A DNA stretch of 64,000 nt, taken from Desulfovibrio sp. GTDB lineage: Bacteria > Bacillota > Dethiobacteria > DTU022 > UBA8154. Below are positions 20,639 through 30,287 of the stretch, piece after piece. The DNA is taken from positions 3,734 through 67,733 of the forward strand of contig JAGVAS010000056.1 in NCBI GenBank assembly GCA_020060185.1, read 5' to 3'. Position 1 is the stretch's first letter. Each line of letters opens with the position of its first letter. The notes below the pieces were generated by a model. The model saw only the letters and a list, made by a program, of their open reading frames with translations, searched no databases and was not told the origin of the DNA. A program made the position numbers and the translations under genes.

Positions 20639-21412
20639 TTAAAAACTGCCTGGTTTATTAAAACCTTGATTAATAGGATTTCCATCCCACGTATAGCCTA
20701 ACTTATTTACATTTGTAATTACGATTATGTAATTGCCATCAGGAGCACCATGTATCTGATGAAAAAATCTGGCAACCTCTATAACCGCTATCCCCGATGA
20801 ATTCGTAGTTCCGGGAATTCCTCCGGCATACAGGGAACCATCTTGTTGATCTATTCTTATGTTTACATCTGCACCTTGGATTGGACGATCCAAAGTAATA
20901 GTCACGTTTAAATCATTAACAACTTTAGTGGGATTAATTGAACTGACACCTAAATATTCCGGCGCACCCGGTCCGCCTGATGCAAGTTGCCCTACTTCGA
21001 TACGCATCGATGCTACGGAGGATAGTGGGAAAGTATCCCCTATTATCCTGTTTAAAAACGGCACTACTATATCCACAGAGCCATTTACTGTCACCTTGGT
21101 TTCCTCCCCTACCACACGGTCTAAAGCATTGGCAGGTGTAATAACAATAGAGCTTTCACTAATGTTTACAAAACCAGTCGACGAAGCTGCATTTATAACT
21201 TTTGTTCTAACATTTTCATAAGTTTCTCCCAGAGCAGCCGCACGGACACCTTCTCTGGCAGCATGGGTCATGGAAACCTGGCCATTAAAGATTAAACCAA
21301 ATTGTATAATTCCAAAAAGTATTGGTGGAAGCACAAACACTAATAAAAGAGCGAACTCTACCAATGACTGTCCTTTTTCGTTTGTTTTAAAAAAGGAAAA
21401 GAAATTGAACAA
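20639..21412 (-). CDS. tadE: TadE-family pseudopilin with C-terminal extension
   Basis: NEKGQSLVEFAL...AAREGVR. Confidence 0.88.
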   Translation of the reverse strand: MFNFFSFFKTNEKGQSLVEFALLLVFVLPPILFGIIQFGLIFNGQVSMTHAAREGVRAAALGETYENVRTKVINAASSTGFVNISESSIVITPANALDRVVGEETKVTVNGSVDIVVPFLNRIIGDTFPLSSVASMRIEVGQLASGGPGAPEYLGVSSINPTKVVNDLNVTITLDRPIQGADVNIRIDQQDGSLYAGGIPGTTNSSGIAVIEVARFFHQIHGAPDGNYIIVITNVNKLGYTWDGNPINQGFNKPGSF

Positions 21413-22035
21413 TATTTTTCACATCCGAATGTATAAAATACTGTTGATAATGGCAATATTTGTCCTCCCAGGTTACTTAAGACAATAAGTGTTCCAAGGA
21501 CTATGGCAACCCCATAAGGCAGAAAAAGCTTTTTTTCCTCTTGCTTTTTTTCACTGGGAGAAAAAAAGAGCGAAAGCCTGTTTAAAAAGGAAAATCCGAA
21601 TTTTAAGTAAAGGACATTTAATAAAGGTACAGCAACTATCGCTAAAATTTTTTTCAAAAAACTAAGCAGTTGACCATTAGCAATTAAAAAAACAATGGCT
21701 AGCCCTCCCCCACATAGTACGGTAAAAAGGGCGGCATGAAATACAAACTGTGCACCTTTCATTGCTCCAATGGCTCCCAGGAGTTTCACGTCTCCTCCTC
21801 CCATACCACCCATTACAAATGGTATTATGAAGAGGCCGATTCCTAAAAGAAGGCCGTAGGAGCTAAATAAAAACCCTTCAAACCTGCCCGTAACTGTATT
21901 TGAAAATAAACCCCAAAGCATGACTGGAAAGGTCAGGAAGTTGGGGATTTTTTTCTTAGTCAGATCAAAGTAGAGTGAGGAAAATAACAAAGAAAAAAGT
22001 ATATATTCGTTAAATTGTAATTCCACAATTAGCAC
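21358..22035 (-). CDS. cpaA: Prepilin peptidase (A24; CpaA/TadV)
   Basis: YFDL..KIPN, MGGGDVKL, LPYGVAI. Confidence 0.9.
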   Translation of the reverse strand: MLIVELQFNEYILFSLLFSSLYFDLTKKKIPNFLTFPVMLWGLFSNTVTGRFEGFLFSSYGLLLGIGLFIIPFVMGGMGGGDVKLLGAIGAMKGAQFVFHAALFTVLCGGGLAIVFLIANGQLLSFLKKILAIVAVPLLNVLYLKFGFSFLNRLSLFFSPSEKKQEEKKLFLPYGVAIVLGTLIVLSNLGGQILPLSTVFYTFGCEKYCSISFPFLKQTKKDSHW

Positions 22036-22162
22036 TCCAAAAATTTATTTAAGGAAAAATAGTTACCACATTATTAAAAAGATTCCCAACATGGACATAG
22101 CCAGAACCAAAAAGTTCATAAAAATAACCCTTTCTGACCCCTGAAAACATCGAGGTGTTTTT

Positions 22163-22204
22163 AAGGGAACCTGCTTCTTAAAAGAAACAGGCTCCCTTTT
22201 TTTT
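22163..22204. terminator. Stem-loop 3' of flp (terminator or mRNA-stabilising hairpin)
   Basis: AAGGGAACCTGCTTCTT-AA-AAGAAACAGGCTCCCTT; the T-run is on the + strand, so minus-strand termination may be weak. Confidence 0.55.
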
Positions 22205-22217
22205 AAATAAGATGTTC

Positions 22218-22379
22218 TTATAAAGCATTAGTAATAGTTTGGAATACATTTCTAATTTGATCGCCTAATAATGTCAAAGCAACAATAACCACAACAGCAA
22301 TCAATACTAGAATAAGTGCATATTCCGCCAAGCCTTGTCCTTCTTCATCCTTAATAAATCTTAAAATCATATTTAACAT
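22218..22379 (-). CDS. flp: Flp major pilin
   Basis: DEEGQGLAEYALIL Flp motif; RBS GGAGGT before ATG at 22379. Confidence 0.95.
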   Translation of the reverse strand: MLNMILRFIKDEEGQGLAEYALILVLIAVVVIVALTLLGDQIRNVFQTITNAL

Positions 22380-22528
22380 TTTTATTTTACCTCCATTTAC
22401 TAGGAATTTCAATGAAAACGTGGAAAGAAAACCCTCTATAATAATACTTTTCCAACCGCACCCTTTTTCCCCTCATCAGACACCTCCCTAAAAATGGAAT
22501 TATGTTAGAGTGGAATTGCTGGTATGTG

Positions 22529-24631
22529 CTAATTTTTGTATACTACTTTAGTAGTATGAGAGTTGGGACATAAAGTTAAATGGAAGGATCCTTTCAGGTA
22601 GGCATAGGCCAATATTTCGGCCTGTTGGGGAGTAACGGCGAGGATTACCATGTCTCGCGGATTTTTTTCTTCATTTTCTTTTTTCCCACTGCCATCTTTG
22701 ATTGCCAGTATTAAGGCATTCTGAACAGTTGTAGAGGCAGCAGGAACCCTATTTAAGCTCTTTTCTTCATAAGTAATCAATACGTCCACCCTATCCCCCG
22801 GATTGATTAGCCCACAAAGCCCGGTTACCTTATTTACAGGAATGGAAATACCACGCATATTTTCCGGTATCCGGCTGGACAGTCCCTGCCGGTTTTTGCC
22901 TTTAGCTTCAGAAGAGAAAGCATGTGCAACTTTTATTTCTTCTGTTAAAACCCCTATTTCTTCTGTTATACCCTCTTCTACTTGCTCAGAACGCAGGGTG
23001 ACAGGTAGACCCTGTTCTACAACATGACTGGAATTATTTTCGACGATAACTTTTTCTGTATGATTTGTATTTTTAGTATTAACAGAGTCCTCCAGGTTTT
23101 GATAATCATTGTCATATTCATTTTCAGTAAACTCGTTTTCATCCTGCATGTAATTTGAGGCCGTAGGTTCTGGTTCCATAGAGTTTTCCTTATCTTCATT
23201 TGTATGTGTATCTGTATCAATTAAAGTTTGTAATTGATCGGGAGATGTTTCGCTATTCCGAATCCATTCCATAAATTCAGCGGCCACAATAGCCTCCCCG
23301 TGAGCCTTCAGTTTATCAAGGCACCCGGGAATTATCCCCGTAGCAACATGTTTCCCGATAACATTGCCGTTACCATCAACTTCTGAATGTTCAAAAACGA
23401 AGATATCCTGTAAAGTGATGTTATCCCCTTCCATCCCTACTACTTCGCTAATCCTGGTGATCCTGCGGCTTCCGTCACTGAAACGGGATTGTTGAATAAT
23501 TAACTCGATGGCAGAGCTGATCTGCTCCCTGATGGCACGTAAAGGCAGCTCCATACCAGCCATCAGGACCATGGTTTCCAGGCGAGCCAGGGCATCCCTG
23601 GGGTTATTGGCATGCAGAGTGGAAATAGAACCGTCATGGCCGGTATTCATCGCCTGCAGCATGTCCAGGGCTTCACCGCCCCTGACCTCCCCTACCACGA
23701 TACGGTCCGGGCGCATACGCAGGGAATTGATTACCAGCTCACGAATGGTAAACTGCCCCCTGCCCTCAATATTTGCAGGCCGGCTTTCCAGGGTAACGAC
23801 GTGATTCTGGCAAAGCTGCAGCTCAGCGGTATCTTCAATGGTAACGATTCTTTCTTTATCCGGGATGAAACTGGAAAGCACATTTAAGGTAGTGGTTTTT
23901 CCGCTGCCGGTCCCACCGGACACAATGATGTTGATCCGTGATCGCACACAGGACTTTAAGAACATGGCCATCTCCCTGGTCATGGTTCCCAATTTAATTA
24001 ATTCTTCTACAGTAAAGGGATCTTTGGAGAATTTCCGGATAGTTATGGAGGGTCCCTTAAGAGCCAGGGGCGGGATAATGGCATTAACCCGGGAACCATC
24101 AGGCAACCGGGCATCGACCGTTGGAGAACTTTCATCTATTCTTCTTCCCAAGGGAGTGATAATTCGGTTAATGGCATGCAGGACATGATCGTTATCCCTG
24201 AAGGTTATATCCGTCTTGGTAATTTTACCATCACGTTCTACAAAAACATTATCACAACCATTTACCATGATCTCCGTAACGGAAGGATCATTAAGCAGTG
24301 AGTTAATAGGCCCGTAGCCGAAAATCTCGTCCAAGACGTACTGGATCACCTTCTGCTTGTCGCCCTGGGAAAGGTGGCGGTTGCTCTCTTCAAGCAGCGC
24401 TAACAGGGTATCGTAGATCTGCTCCGTAAACTGCCTCTTTTGAAAGGCATCCAGTTTTTCCAGATCAATAGTATTATCTACACTGTCAATCACCCGGCGA
24501 AGGGTTTCGACGGCGATATCATCCAGTTCCTTTTTCTTATTTACACCCTGCTCCCTGGCAAGCAAATGAGGTCTTGCCCCGTTGATCTTTACAGCCTGTT
24601 TGGAAAACACCGCCACCCCACCTTTTTGCAT
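22529..24631 (-). CDS. Second CpaF/TadA ATPase fused via an acidic linker to an RcpC/CpaB C-terminal domain
   Basis: Full CpaF motif set to about residue 455; D/E/N-rich linker; C-terminal RGISIPV..GLINPGDRVDVL..VILAVTPQQAEILAYA matching CpaB at 18757. Confidence 0.88.
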   Translation of the reverse strand: MQKGGVAVFSKQAVKINGARPHLLAREQGVNKKKELDDIAVETLRRVIDSVDNTIDLEKLDAFQKRQFTEQIYDTLLALLEESNRHLSQGDKQKVIQYVLDEIFGYGPINSLLNDPSVTEIMVNGCDNVFVERDGKITKTDITFRDNDHVLHAINRIITPLGRRIDESSPTVDARLPDGSRVNAIIPPLALKGPSITIRKFSKDPFTVEELIKLGTMTREMAMFLKSCVRSRINIIVSGGTGSGKTTTLNVLSSFIPDKERIVTIEDTAELQLCQNHVVTLESRPANIEGRGQFTIRELVINSLRMRPDRIVVGEVRGGEALDMLQAMNTGHDGSISTLHANNPRDALARLETMVLMAGMELPLRAIREQISSAIELIIQQSRFSDGSRRITRISEVVGMEGDNITLQDIFVFEHSEVDGNGNVIGKHVATGIIPGCLDKLKAHGEAIVAAEFMEWIRNSETSPDQLQTLIDTDTHTNEDKENSMEPEPTASNYMQDENEFTENEYDNDYQNLEDSVNTKNTNHTEKVIVENNSSHVVEQGLPVTLRSEQVEEGITEEIGVLTEEIKVAHAFSSEAKGKNRQGLSSRIPENMRGISIPVNKVTGLCGLINPGDRVDVLITYEEKSLNRVPAASTTVQNALILAIKDGSGKKENEEKNPRDMVILAVTPQQAEILAYAYLKGSFHLTLCPNSHTTKVVYKN

Positions 24632-24661
24632 TACTCTAAAATAGATACCCTAAGCGAGGAA

Positions 24662-24690
24662 TAAAAATAAAATCCCGGCCAGGCCGAGAA
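24662..24690 (-). terminator. Intrinsic terminator in the riboswitch-1 expression platform
   Basis: Minus strand TCTCGGCCTGGCCGGGA followed by TTTTATTTTT. Confidence 0.7.
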
Positions 24691-24729
24691 AAAGGACATT
24701 AAGGGTAGTGAAAAAATCAAAAGTCCTGT

Positions 24730-24817
24730 CTTCGGCAACCTGGCAATCATAGCTCATTTAGAGCCTTAGACCCATGGCTTTGCGTCCCATCCTTTTGGGT
24801 GGTTTGCCTTTATCGGT
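24730..24817 (-). promoter_or_regulatory. c-di-GMP-I (GEMM) riboswitch upstream of the Tad cluster
   Basis: Minus strand GATAAAGGCAAACCACCCAAAAGGATGGGACGCAAAGCCATGGGTCTAAGG...ATGATTGCCAGGTTGCCGAA. Confidence 0.92.
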
Positions 24818-24860
24818 CAAGGAAGCTATTTCCTTACCTCAATCATATTCTTTTAATAAT

Positions 24861-24889
24861 ATTATACAAAAATTCAGACACCCCTACAA
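24861..24889 (-). promoter_or_regulatory. Sigma-A promoter for riboswitch 1 / Tad operon
   Basis: TTGTAG-17 nt-TATAAT. Confidence 0.7.
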
Positions 24890-24918
24890 GCCTTATTTTA
24901 CAATTCTGTTACTTAAAC

Positions 24919-26139
24919 CTAAGAAACATTCCTGAGAAAGATCTGGTTAGACACCTCCAGCGAATTAAGGTAGAACTCTTTAACCTCCTTTTCCTCCAGC
25001 TCCAATTTGGCTGCCTTCCTGGAAAGCCTTTCCCAATCACCCGTTTCATAGGCTAAAATTAGCTCATAGATATCCCTGAACCTGCTTTTACCCCCCAGCA
25101 AGGCAGTTTTAATATCTTCAGAGATGGGCAGTTGCGCCAGGATATCACTTAAAGGCTGGTCCAGAAAAGCGTCCATCAGGGAAAACATCCCCATGAGAAA
25201 AAGATCGGAATTGCGGTTCTTCAGGCCGACCCTGGGGGCTATCAACTCGCAGAACTTGGCCCGGCAGATAGCCGTAATGATCAGCTCATCAGGTTTATTC
25301 TCACCGATGCTTTTGAGGGAAATCAAGGAAAGCCATTTGCTGATCTCTTTCTTGCCCAGCAAAACCAGTGCCTGCCGGATGGAGCGGATTTCGCTACGAA
25401 AACCAAAGGCCAGGGAATTAATAAATTTAAGCAGCTTGTAGGAAAGGGAGACATCCATTTTAATAAGCTTCTCCAGCCTGTCAAAATCTAGTTCCGGCTT
25501 GTTGATCTCCTGCAGTATTTTAAGGTAGGTAAGCTTGAAGCTGGGAATATCCCGGCCGGAAACGATATCTGGTTTACTGAAGAAATATCCCTGAAAATAG
25601 GAATAGCCCATTTCCACAGCCTGGACAAAATCCTCCCTGGTCTCCACTTTCTCCGCCAGAAAAAGAGCTTTATGCGGCTCGATTCTCTGCACTACGGCCC
25701 TTCTTTGTTCTACAGGCGTGGTTAGAAAGTCAACCTTAATGATATCCACAAGGTCGAGGAGGGGCTTAAAGATATCGTCATAAAGAAAATCGTCCAGGGC
25801 CAGGAGGTAACCCAGTTCCTTTAACTTCCGGCAGGCAGCCAGCATCTTCTCGTCCGGCTCGATATCCTGTAAAATCTCTACCACGATAAGATCGTTGGGG
25901 AGAAGAGTAGCAACATCATTTTCCAGCAAATTTCTGGTGAAGTTGATAAAAGCCTTTTTCCTCCTAGTAAGTGTCTCCAAGCCAATGAGAAGAAAGCTGT
26001 TGGTAATAACTTCCGAGGAGGCCTGGTCACCGTTCAGGCTGGAATAGAACTTATTAGCCCCGGAACGGTATAACAGCTCGTAGGCGTAAACTTCCTGCTG
26101 CTTGTTAAAGATCGGTTGCCTGGCCACATAGATTTCCAT
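24919..26139 (-). CDS. EAL-HDOD c-di-GMP phosphodiesterase (YuxH/PdeH-like)
   Basis: VARQPIF..YAYELLYR, LALDDF, IIKVD, LAEKVET, YFQGYFFSKP, then HDOD (DVSLSYKLLKFINS). Confidence 0.9.
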   Translation of the reverse strand: MEIYVARQPIFNKQQEVYAYELLYRSGANKFYSSLNGDQASSEVITNSFLLIGLETLTRRKKAFINFTRNLLENDVATLLPNDLIVVEILQDIEPDEKMLAACRKLKELGYLLALDDFLYDDIFKPLLDLVDIIKVDFLTTPVEQRRAVVQRIEPHKALFLAEKVETREDFVQAVEMGYSYFQGYFFSKPDIVSGRDIPSFKLTYLKILQEINKPELDFDRLEKLIKMDVSLSYKLLKFINSLAFGFRSEIRSIRQALVLLGKKEISKWLSLISLKSIGENKPDELIITAICRAKFCELIAPRVGLKNRNSDLFLMGMFSLMDAFLDQPLSDILAQLPISEDIKTALLGGKSRFRDIYELILAYETGDWERLSRKAAKLELEEKEVKEFYLNSLEVSNQIFLRNVS

Positions 26140-26485
26140 AGCCTGCCTCCATTTCCTTTCCTGATCTTTCAGCCCTTATCTGCTTTTCTTTAAACTCTTA
26201 AGATTCTCCCCGGGTAACGGCCAGCTGCCCTCCCTGGTAGCGAACGCGCATGGACAGGTCCTGGTAGTTCTGGGCCAGGTGGCTGGTCCGGGGCAGGGAG
26301 GCAAAGTAGTTAAATTACGAATGATTGAACTCTCCGGCAAATAGTTACTTTCTTTACCGGGGAACATTTCTTAAAAAGAACAATAAGATAAAAATGACGA
26401 TAGCGGCAATTAAAAGTAATTTTTCCGCTTGCTTTAGTGATTTGTCGCTCATGCTTGTCCCTCCTGCGAGGGACCGACAAACCGA

Positions 26486-26510
26486 AAAATCCCCGGCCAG
26501 GCCGGGGATC
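26486..26510 (-). terminator. Intrinsic terminator in the riboswitch-2 expression platform
   Basis: Minus strand ATCCCCGGCCTGGCCGGGGAT followed by TTTT. Confidence 0.7.
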
Positions 26511-26547
26511 AGGGCTCAAAAAATATCAATAAATACAAAACCCCTGT

Positions 26548-26635
26548 CTTCGGCAGCCTGGCGATCCTGGTTCATAAGAACTTTAGACCCATAGCTTTGC
26601 GCCCCACCCTTTCGGATGGTTTGCCTTTGTCGGTC
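26548..26635 (-). promoter_or_regulatory. c-di-GMP-I (GEMM) riboswitch upstream of the EAL-HDOD gene
   Basis: Minus strand GACAAAGGCAAACCATCCGAAAGGGTGGGGCGCAAAGCTATGGGTCTAAAG...AGGATCGCCAGGCTGCCGAA. Confidence 0.93.
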
Positions 26636-26675
26636 AAGAAGTTACTCCTTGCTTCTTTATAATACTTTTAAAATT

Positions 26676-26704
26676 ATTATACCAAAGTTTAGTTTTTTCT
26701 GCAA
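26676..26704 (-). promoter_or_regulatory. Sigma-A promoter for riboswitch 2
   Basis: TTGCAG-17 nt-TATAAT with extended -10 TG. Confidence 0.72.
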
Positions 26705-26899
26705 GTAATGGAATAAAATTTTTTCAAATAACTATTATTTTTCTAGTTGGGATAAAAGTTCACTAGAATTCATTCATGAAAGCAAAAGAAATAACTCAAG
26801 AGAGGCAAAGATGGTTTTAAGCTTATGCCTCATTCCTTCCAGCAGATCGCGAAAAAGTATGGCAGGATTGCTGGTATTAAGCGCAATGTTTCCCCAACA

Positions 26900-27740
26900 C
26901 GGAAGCATGTGCAGGTTATGCCAGAAAGTGCCGTCATTGGCGATACCAGGTTTTCTTCACGCACAAATCGGAGTTTTTTTGAGGTATACTGTAACGGGGC
27001 CTGGGTTCCCCTTATTGTAAAAGGGGTAAATATTGCACCGCCCTGCCGGGAAGATACTTCACCCAGTTTCCCATGAGCAGGGAAGTATATTACGGCTGGC
27101 TGGAGCAGGCTGCCGAACTAAATGTCAACACTATACGTCTCTACAGCTCCTTGATCCTCTCTTCTACCAGGTTTTTCAGGAATATAACCGCTCGGTAAAA
27201 CCTGCAAAGAGGTTATGGCTCCTGCAGGAGATCTGGAAAAAACTAGAAGGGTATGCAGGGGGTATAATTTTCGAGCTAATGGACGAATGGACAAAAAAAA
27301 CCTGGATTACCGTACCGTATATGGTACCCTTCGAGCGAAACGCCTACTGGCACAACGCTCTCTGCCCGGAACAGAATTATGGCTTGTTAGCCATGGAATC
27401 AGCAAAAGTACCCTTTTTTGAGACAGGCCCCTTCTATCTTCAGGATAGCAGTCCTGAGAATACGACGGCAAATGCCGGGTTATCAGGAAAAGAGCAGAAA
27501 GTAGTGGAATTAAGAAGGCTTTGGGTGGACCACAATGAAACTTTTCTTTACCTCGGGCTGGAGCTGTTCACAGGCGGAATAGCAGGCACGGCCGGCGGTA
27601 AAGCTATTAGCGGGTCCTTTCTGCCGCCAGGCACCGGCCTTTTAATTGGGCTGGATACCATTGGTCCTGAGCGAGGCACAAGGCGCCTGCCCCTTGAAAA
27701 GGAATATTCTCCCCACGGCCTGGAATATGTTATGCTTTTC
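26900..27740 (+). pseudogene. Degraded paralog of the glycoside-hydrolase-like lipoprotein at 38642
   Basis: SRTNRSFFEVY..WVPLIVKGVNI, LWLLQEIW joined directly to EGYAGG (internal deletion), frameshifts, 3' truncation. Confidence 0.88.
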
Positions 27741-27747
27741 CGGTTTA

Positions 27748-28521
27748 TCAAGAGATCCGCAACCCTCTTCCCAGGGGGCATTTTTCCTTTGGAAGCCTGC
27801 ACAACATGATGCTGTCACGCACCTTGGCCATAATTTTGAGCTTGCTGGGGCTCTTCTTGCAGTCGTAATACACCACCATAGGGACCTCGCTTATTTTGCT
27901 GCAAAGCGTCGCGAGTTTCAACAAAAGCTCAACAGTTGCCGAAAAAGTCCTGGAGATAAGCAAAGGGTCATCCACTTTGTTACAGGCGTTTTTGATAAGC
28001 TCTGCCCGGTAAGCACGAAAATTAACGGCGTAATCGGTTACACCGGCAAGGGGGAAAACCAGGCGGTAATATTTTCTTGCCCCAAGGCTTAACAGGCGGC
28101 GAAAAAGGGGGACCCCTACCTGCCCCCCGCCTTTTACAAAGCGGGAGGCGAGTGCTATTTCTGCGCCTTCCAGGACCGCTCTTACCAGCCTGCCGATGAT
28201 CTCGCCGGGATGGGTGGCATCGGCATCCATGGTTACAATGAAGGTAGAATTCATTCTTACGGCTTCGTAAAAACCTGTCAAGATAGCCTGTCCCAGGCCC
28301 TTGTTTTCAGTATGAGACAGTACTTTAACCCTGGAATCACATTTTGCCCACTCCATAACTTTCTGAAGAGTTGCATCCCTGCTCCCGTCATTAATGATAA
28401 TTATGCGGTAATCGCATCCTTTAGGCAGTGATATGCCGCGCTCAAACATGCTGCGCAGTGCCGGAACAGACAGCTCCTCGTTATACATGGGTAAAATGAT
28501 GGCAACAAGTCTTTCTGACAA
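27748..28521 (-). CDS. GT2 polyprenol-phosphate glycosyltransferase (DPM1/ArnC-like), copy 1
   Basis: ILPMYNEE, INDGSRD, NKGLG, TMDADATH, ASRF. Confidence 0.85.
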   Translation of the reverse strand: MSERLVAIILPMYNEELSVPALRSMFERGISLPKGCDYRIIIINDGSRDATLQKVMEWAKCDSRVKVLSHTENKGLGQAILTGFYEAVRMNSTFIVTMDADATHPGEIIGRLVRAVLEGAEIALASRFVKGGGQVGVPLFRRLLSLGARKYYRLVFPLAGVTDYAVNFRAYRAELIKNACNKVDDPLLISRTFSATVELLLKLATLCSKISEVPMVVYYDCKKSPSKLKIMAKVRDSIMLCRLPKEKCPLGRGLRIS

Positions 28522-28536
28522 CTTCTTTCACCTCCC

Positions 28537-28914
28537 CTACCGGTGTAAAAAAAACACGCCTGCCAAGATCAGAGCAAGCCCTGCAACCTTGGACAATGTA
28601 ATATTTTCTTTAAAAAGCACCATCGAGAAAGTAAAAACAAGAATATAAGAAAGGCCGGCGCTCGGATAGGCCCTGCTGAGCTCCATGCCGCTAATAACCT
28701 TGATCCACAGGACCATGCTGGCAACAAAACAAAAGACCCCGAATAGCACCCACCCATTCGTGAATATCTCTAAAACTGAATAAGGCAGAGCCGTCCACTC
28801 CAGACTAAAATCCCCAAGCCTCCCCGCAGTATACTTTAACAGGATCTGCCCGCACGACCCCCCCAAAATAGAAAAAAGCATTAATGACAAGTCGCTTTTC
28901 AACCCATTTTCCAC
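28537..28914 (-). CDS. SMR/EamA small transporter (ArnE/F-like flippase), copy 1
   Basis: GQILLK, ELSRAYP, FKENIT; four TM helices. Confidence 0.8.
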   Translation of the reverse strand: MENGLKSDLSLMLFSILGGSCGQILLKYTAGRLGDFSLEWTALPYSVLEIFTNGWVLFGVFCFVASMVLWIKVISGMELSRAYPSAGLSYILVFTFSMVLFKENITLSKVAGLALILAGVFFLHR

Positions 28915-30287
28915 CTCTGCTTCTTTTTAGTTTTCCCAGGAGAAAAAAACATAGTTTTCAGCGAAATGTGATAGGATCTTACCATCTCCTTAAGCTGGAT
29001 GACAGGGTTTTCCACCCTCCAGCTTTGAGGTTCCGTTAAAACCAGTATTATACCGGCTAATCTGAACCAGTACACGAGAAACCTGAAGAAAGGCAGGAAA
29101 AACAATATCCACCAGATTTTTTTCAGACCTTCCCGGTAAACCTCCGGAATAGCCCTGTAGTAGAAGAGCAGGCTGACGGCATCCAGGATAATATAACAGA
29201 AGAGGAGCACGGCCAATGAGAAGAAAACTGTCTGCAGGGCATAACCTATAAAATAGAGAAAAAAGATTAAAAATGTCCAGGAGAGGCGGGAAAGAGCCAG
29301 GGTATGGTCGGAGACAAACATACGGCCTAGATAATCCCACACTTTTATAGCTATACCCTTGCTCGCCGCCGAGTGAATGGCTATCGTTTCTATTTCCCCC
29401 CTCTGCCAGCGTGCCCTTTGTGAATACAGGCTTGCCAGGGAGCGGACCGGTTCAACGTAAGCGACGGCGTCCAGAACGCACCCCACACGGTACTTTTTAT
29501 TCTTAAAGGTCTTTTTAATTTGAAAGGTCAGGTCGGTATCTTCGGAAACAGTGCGCTCCTGGTACATGAAAGATTGCATGAGTACATCCCGCCGGAATGC
29601 AGAAAAGGCGCCGGAAAGGGTAAACAAAATGTTTTTTATGTTTTGATAACGCCGGCCTATATTAAAAGCGATCATATATTCTATGACTTCACAGAAGTTT
29701 ATAATATCCATGAAAGAAGAGCCTTTCCCCAGCTCCTTATCAACCCTGATAAACCCTGTAGCAGCAGCCAGCTTGCTATCTCCTTCAAAAGTCTGGACAA
29801 CCTTCAAGAGTGCGTCCTTATCCAGCCAGGTATCGGCGTCCACGTTTACAATATAAGCGCCGTGGCCTGAATAAATGCCGGCATTCAATGCTATTGACTT
29901 GCTGGCCCTGTCCAGAGACTTCCAGGCAACCAACAACTCGGGATGAGCGATTTGAAAGCGCTGGAAAACATCAAAGCTGTTGTCCCGGCTGCCGTTGTTA
30001 ACACAAATAACCTCTATTTTCTCCCGGGGATAGCTCTGCATATATATTGATTTCAGGCACTTGTAGAGGGTTTTTTCAGAATTGTAAACAGGAACGATAA
30101 CGGTTATATACGGTTGGTATTCCAGGGTGACCGGGTTTAAAAGTTGTTTTTCTTTCTTTGAGTGAAAATAAAGCCCCCAAAAGCAGTTTACGGCCGCAGC
30201 TACATCCACCAGGAGCGGAGCGAGCAGCCAGATACCCCAGTTAAGAATAAGGCGCAAAGAGTTTTCCCACAAGATCTCAGCGAACAT
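28899..30287 (-). CDS. GT2 glycosyltransferase, exosortase-G-associated type, copy 1
   Basis: VPVYNSE, VNVDAD, TLSGAFSAFR, SEDTDLT, QRARWQRGEIE. Confidence 0.85.
   Translation of the reverse strand: MFAEILWENSLRLILNWGIWLLAPLLVDVAAAVNCFWGLYFHSKKEKQLLNPVTLEYQPYITVIVPVYNSEKTLYKCLKSIYMQSYPREKIEVICVNNGSRDNSFDVFQRFQIAHPELLVAWKSLDRASKSIALNAGIYSGHGAYIVNVDADTWLDKDALLKVVQTFEGDSKLAAATGFIRVDKELGKGSSFMDIINFCEVIEYMIAFNIGRRYQNIKNILFTLSGAFSAFRRDVLMQSFMYQERTVSEDTDLTFQIKKTFKNKKYRVGCVLDAVAYVEPVRSLASLYSQRARWQRGEIETIAIHSAASKGIAIKVWDYLGRMFVSDHTLALSRLSWTFLIFFLYFIGYALQTVFFSLAVLLFCYIILDAVSLLFYYRAIPEVYREGLKKIWWILFFLPFFRFLVYWFRLAGIILVLTEPQSWRVENPVIQLKEMVRSYHISLKTMFFSPGKTKKKQRWKMG

Noticed and set aside
24730..26635. 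cGAMP-sensing GEMM-Ib variant riboswitches
   Set aside because: Both aptamers have G, not A, at the discriminating position.
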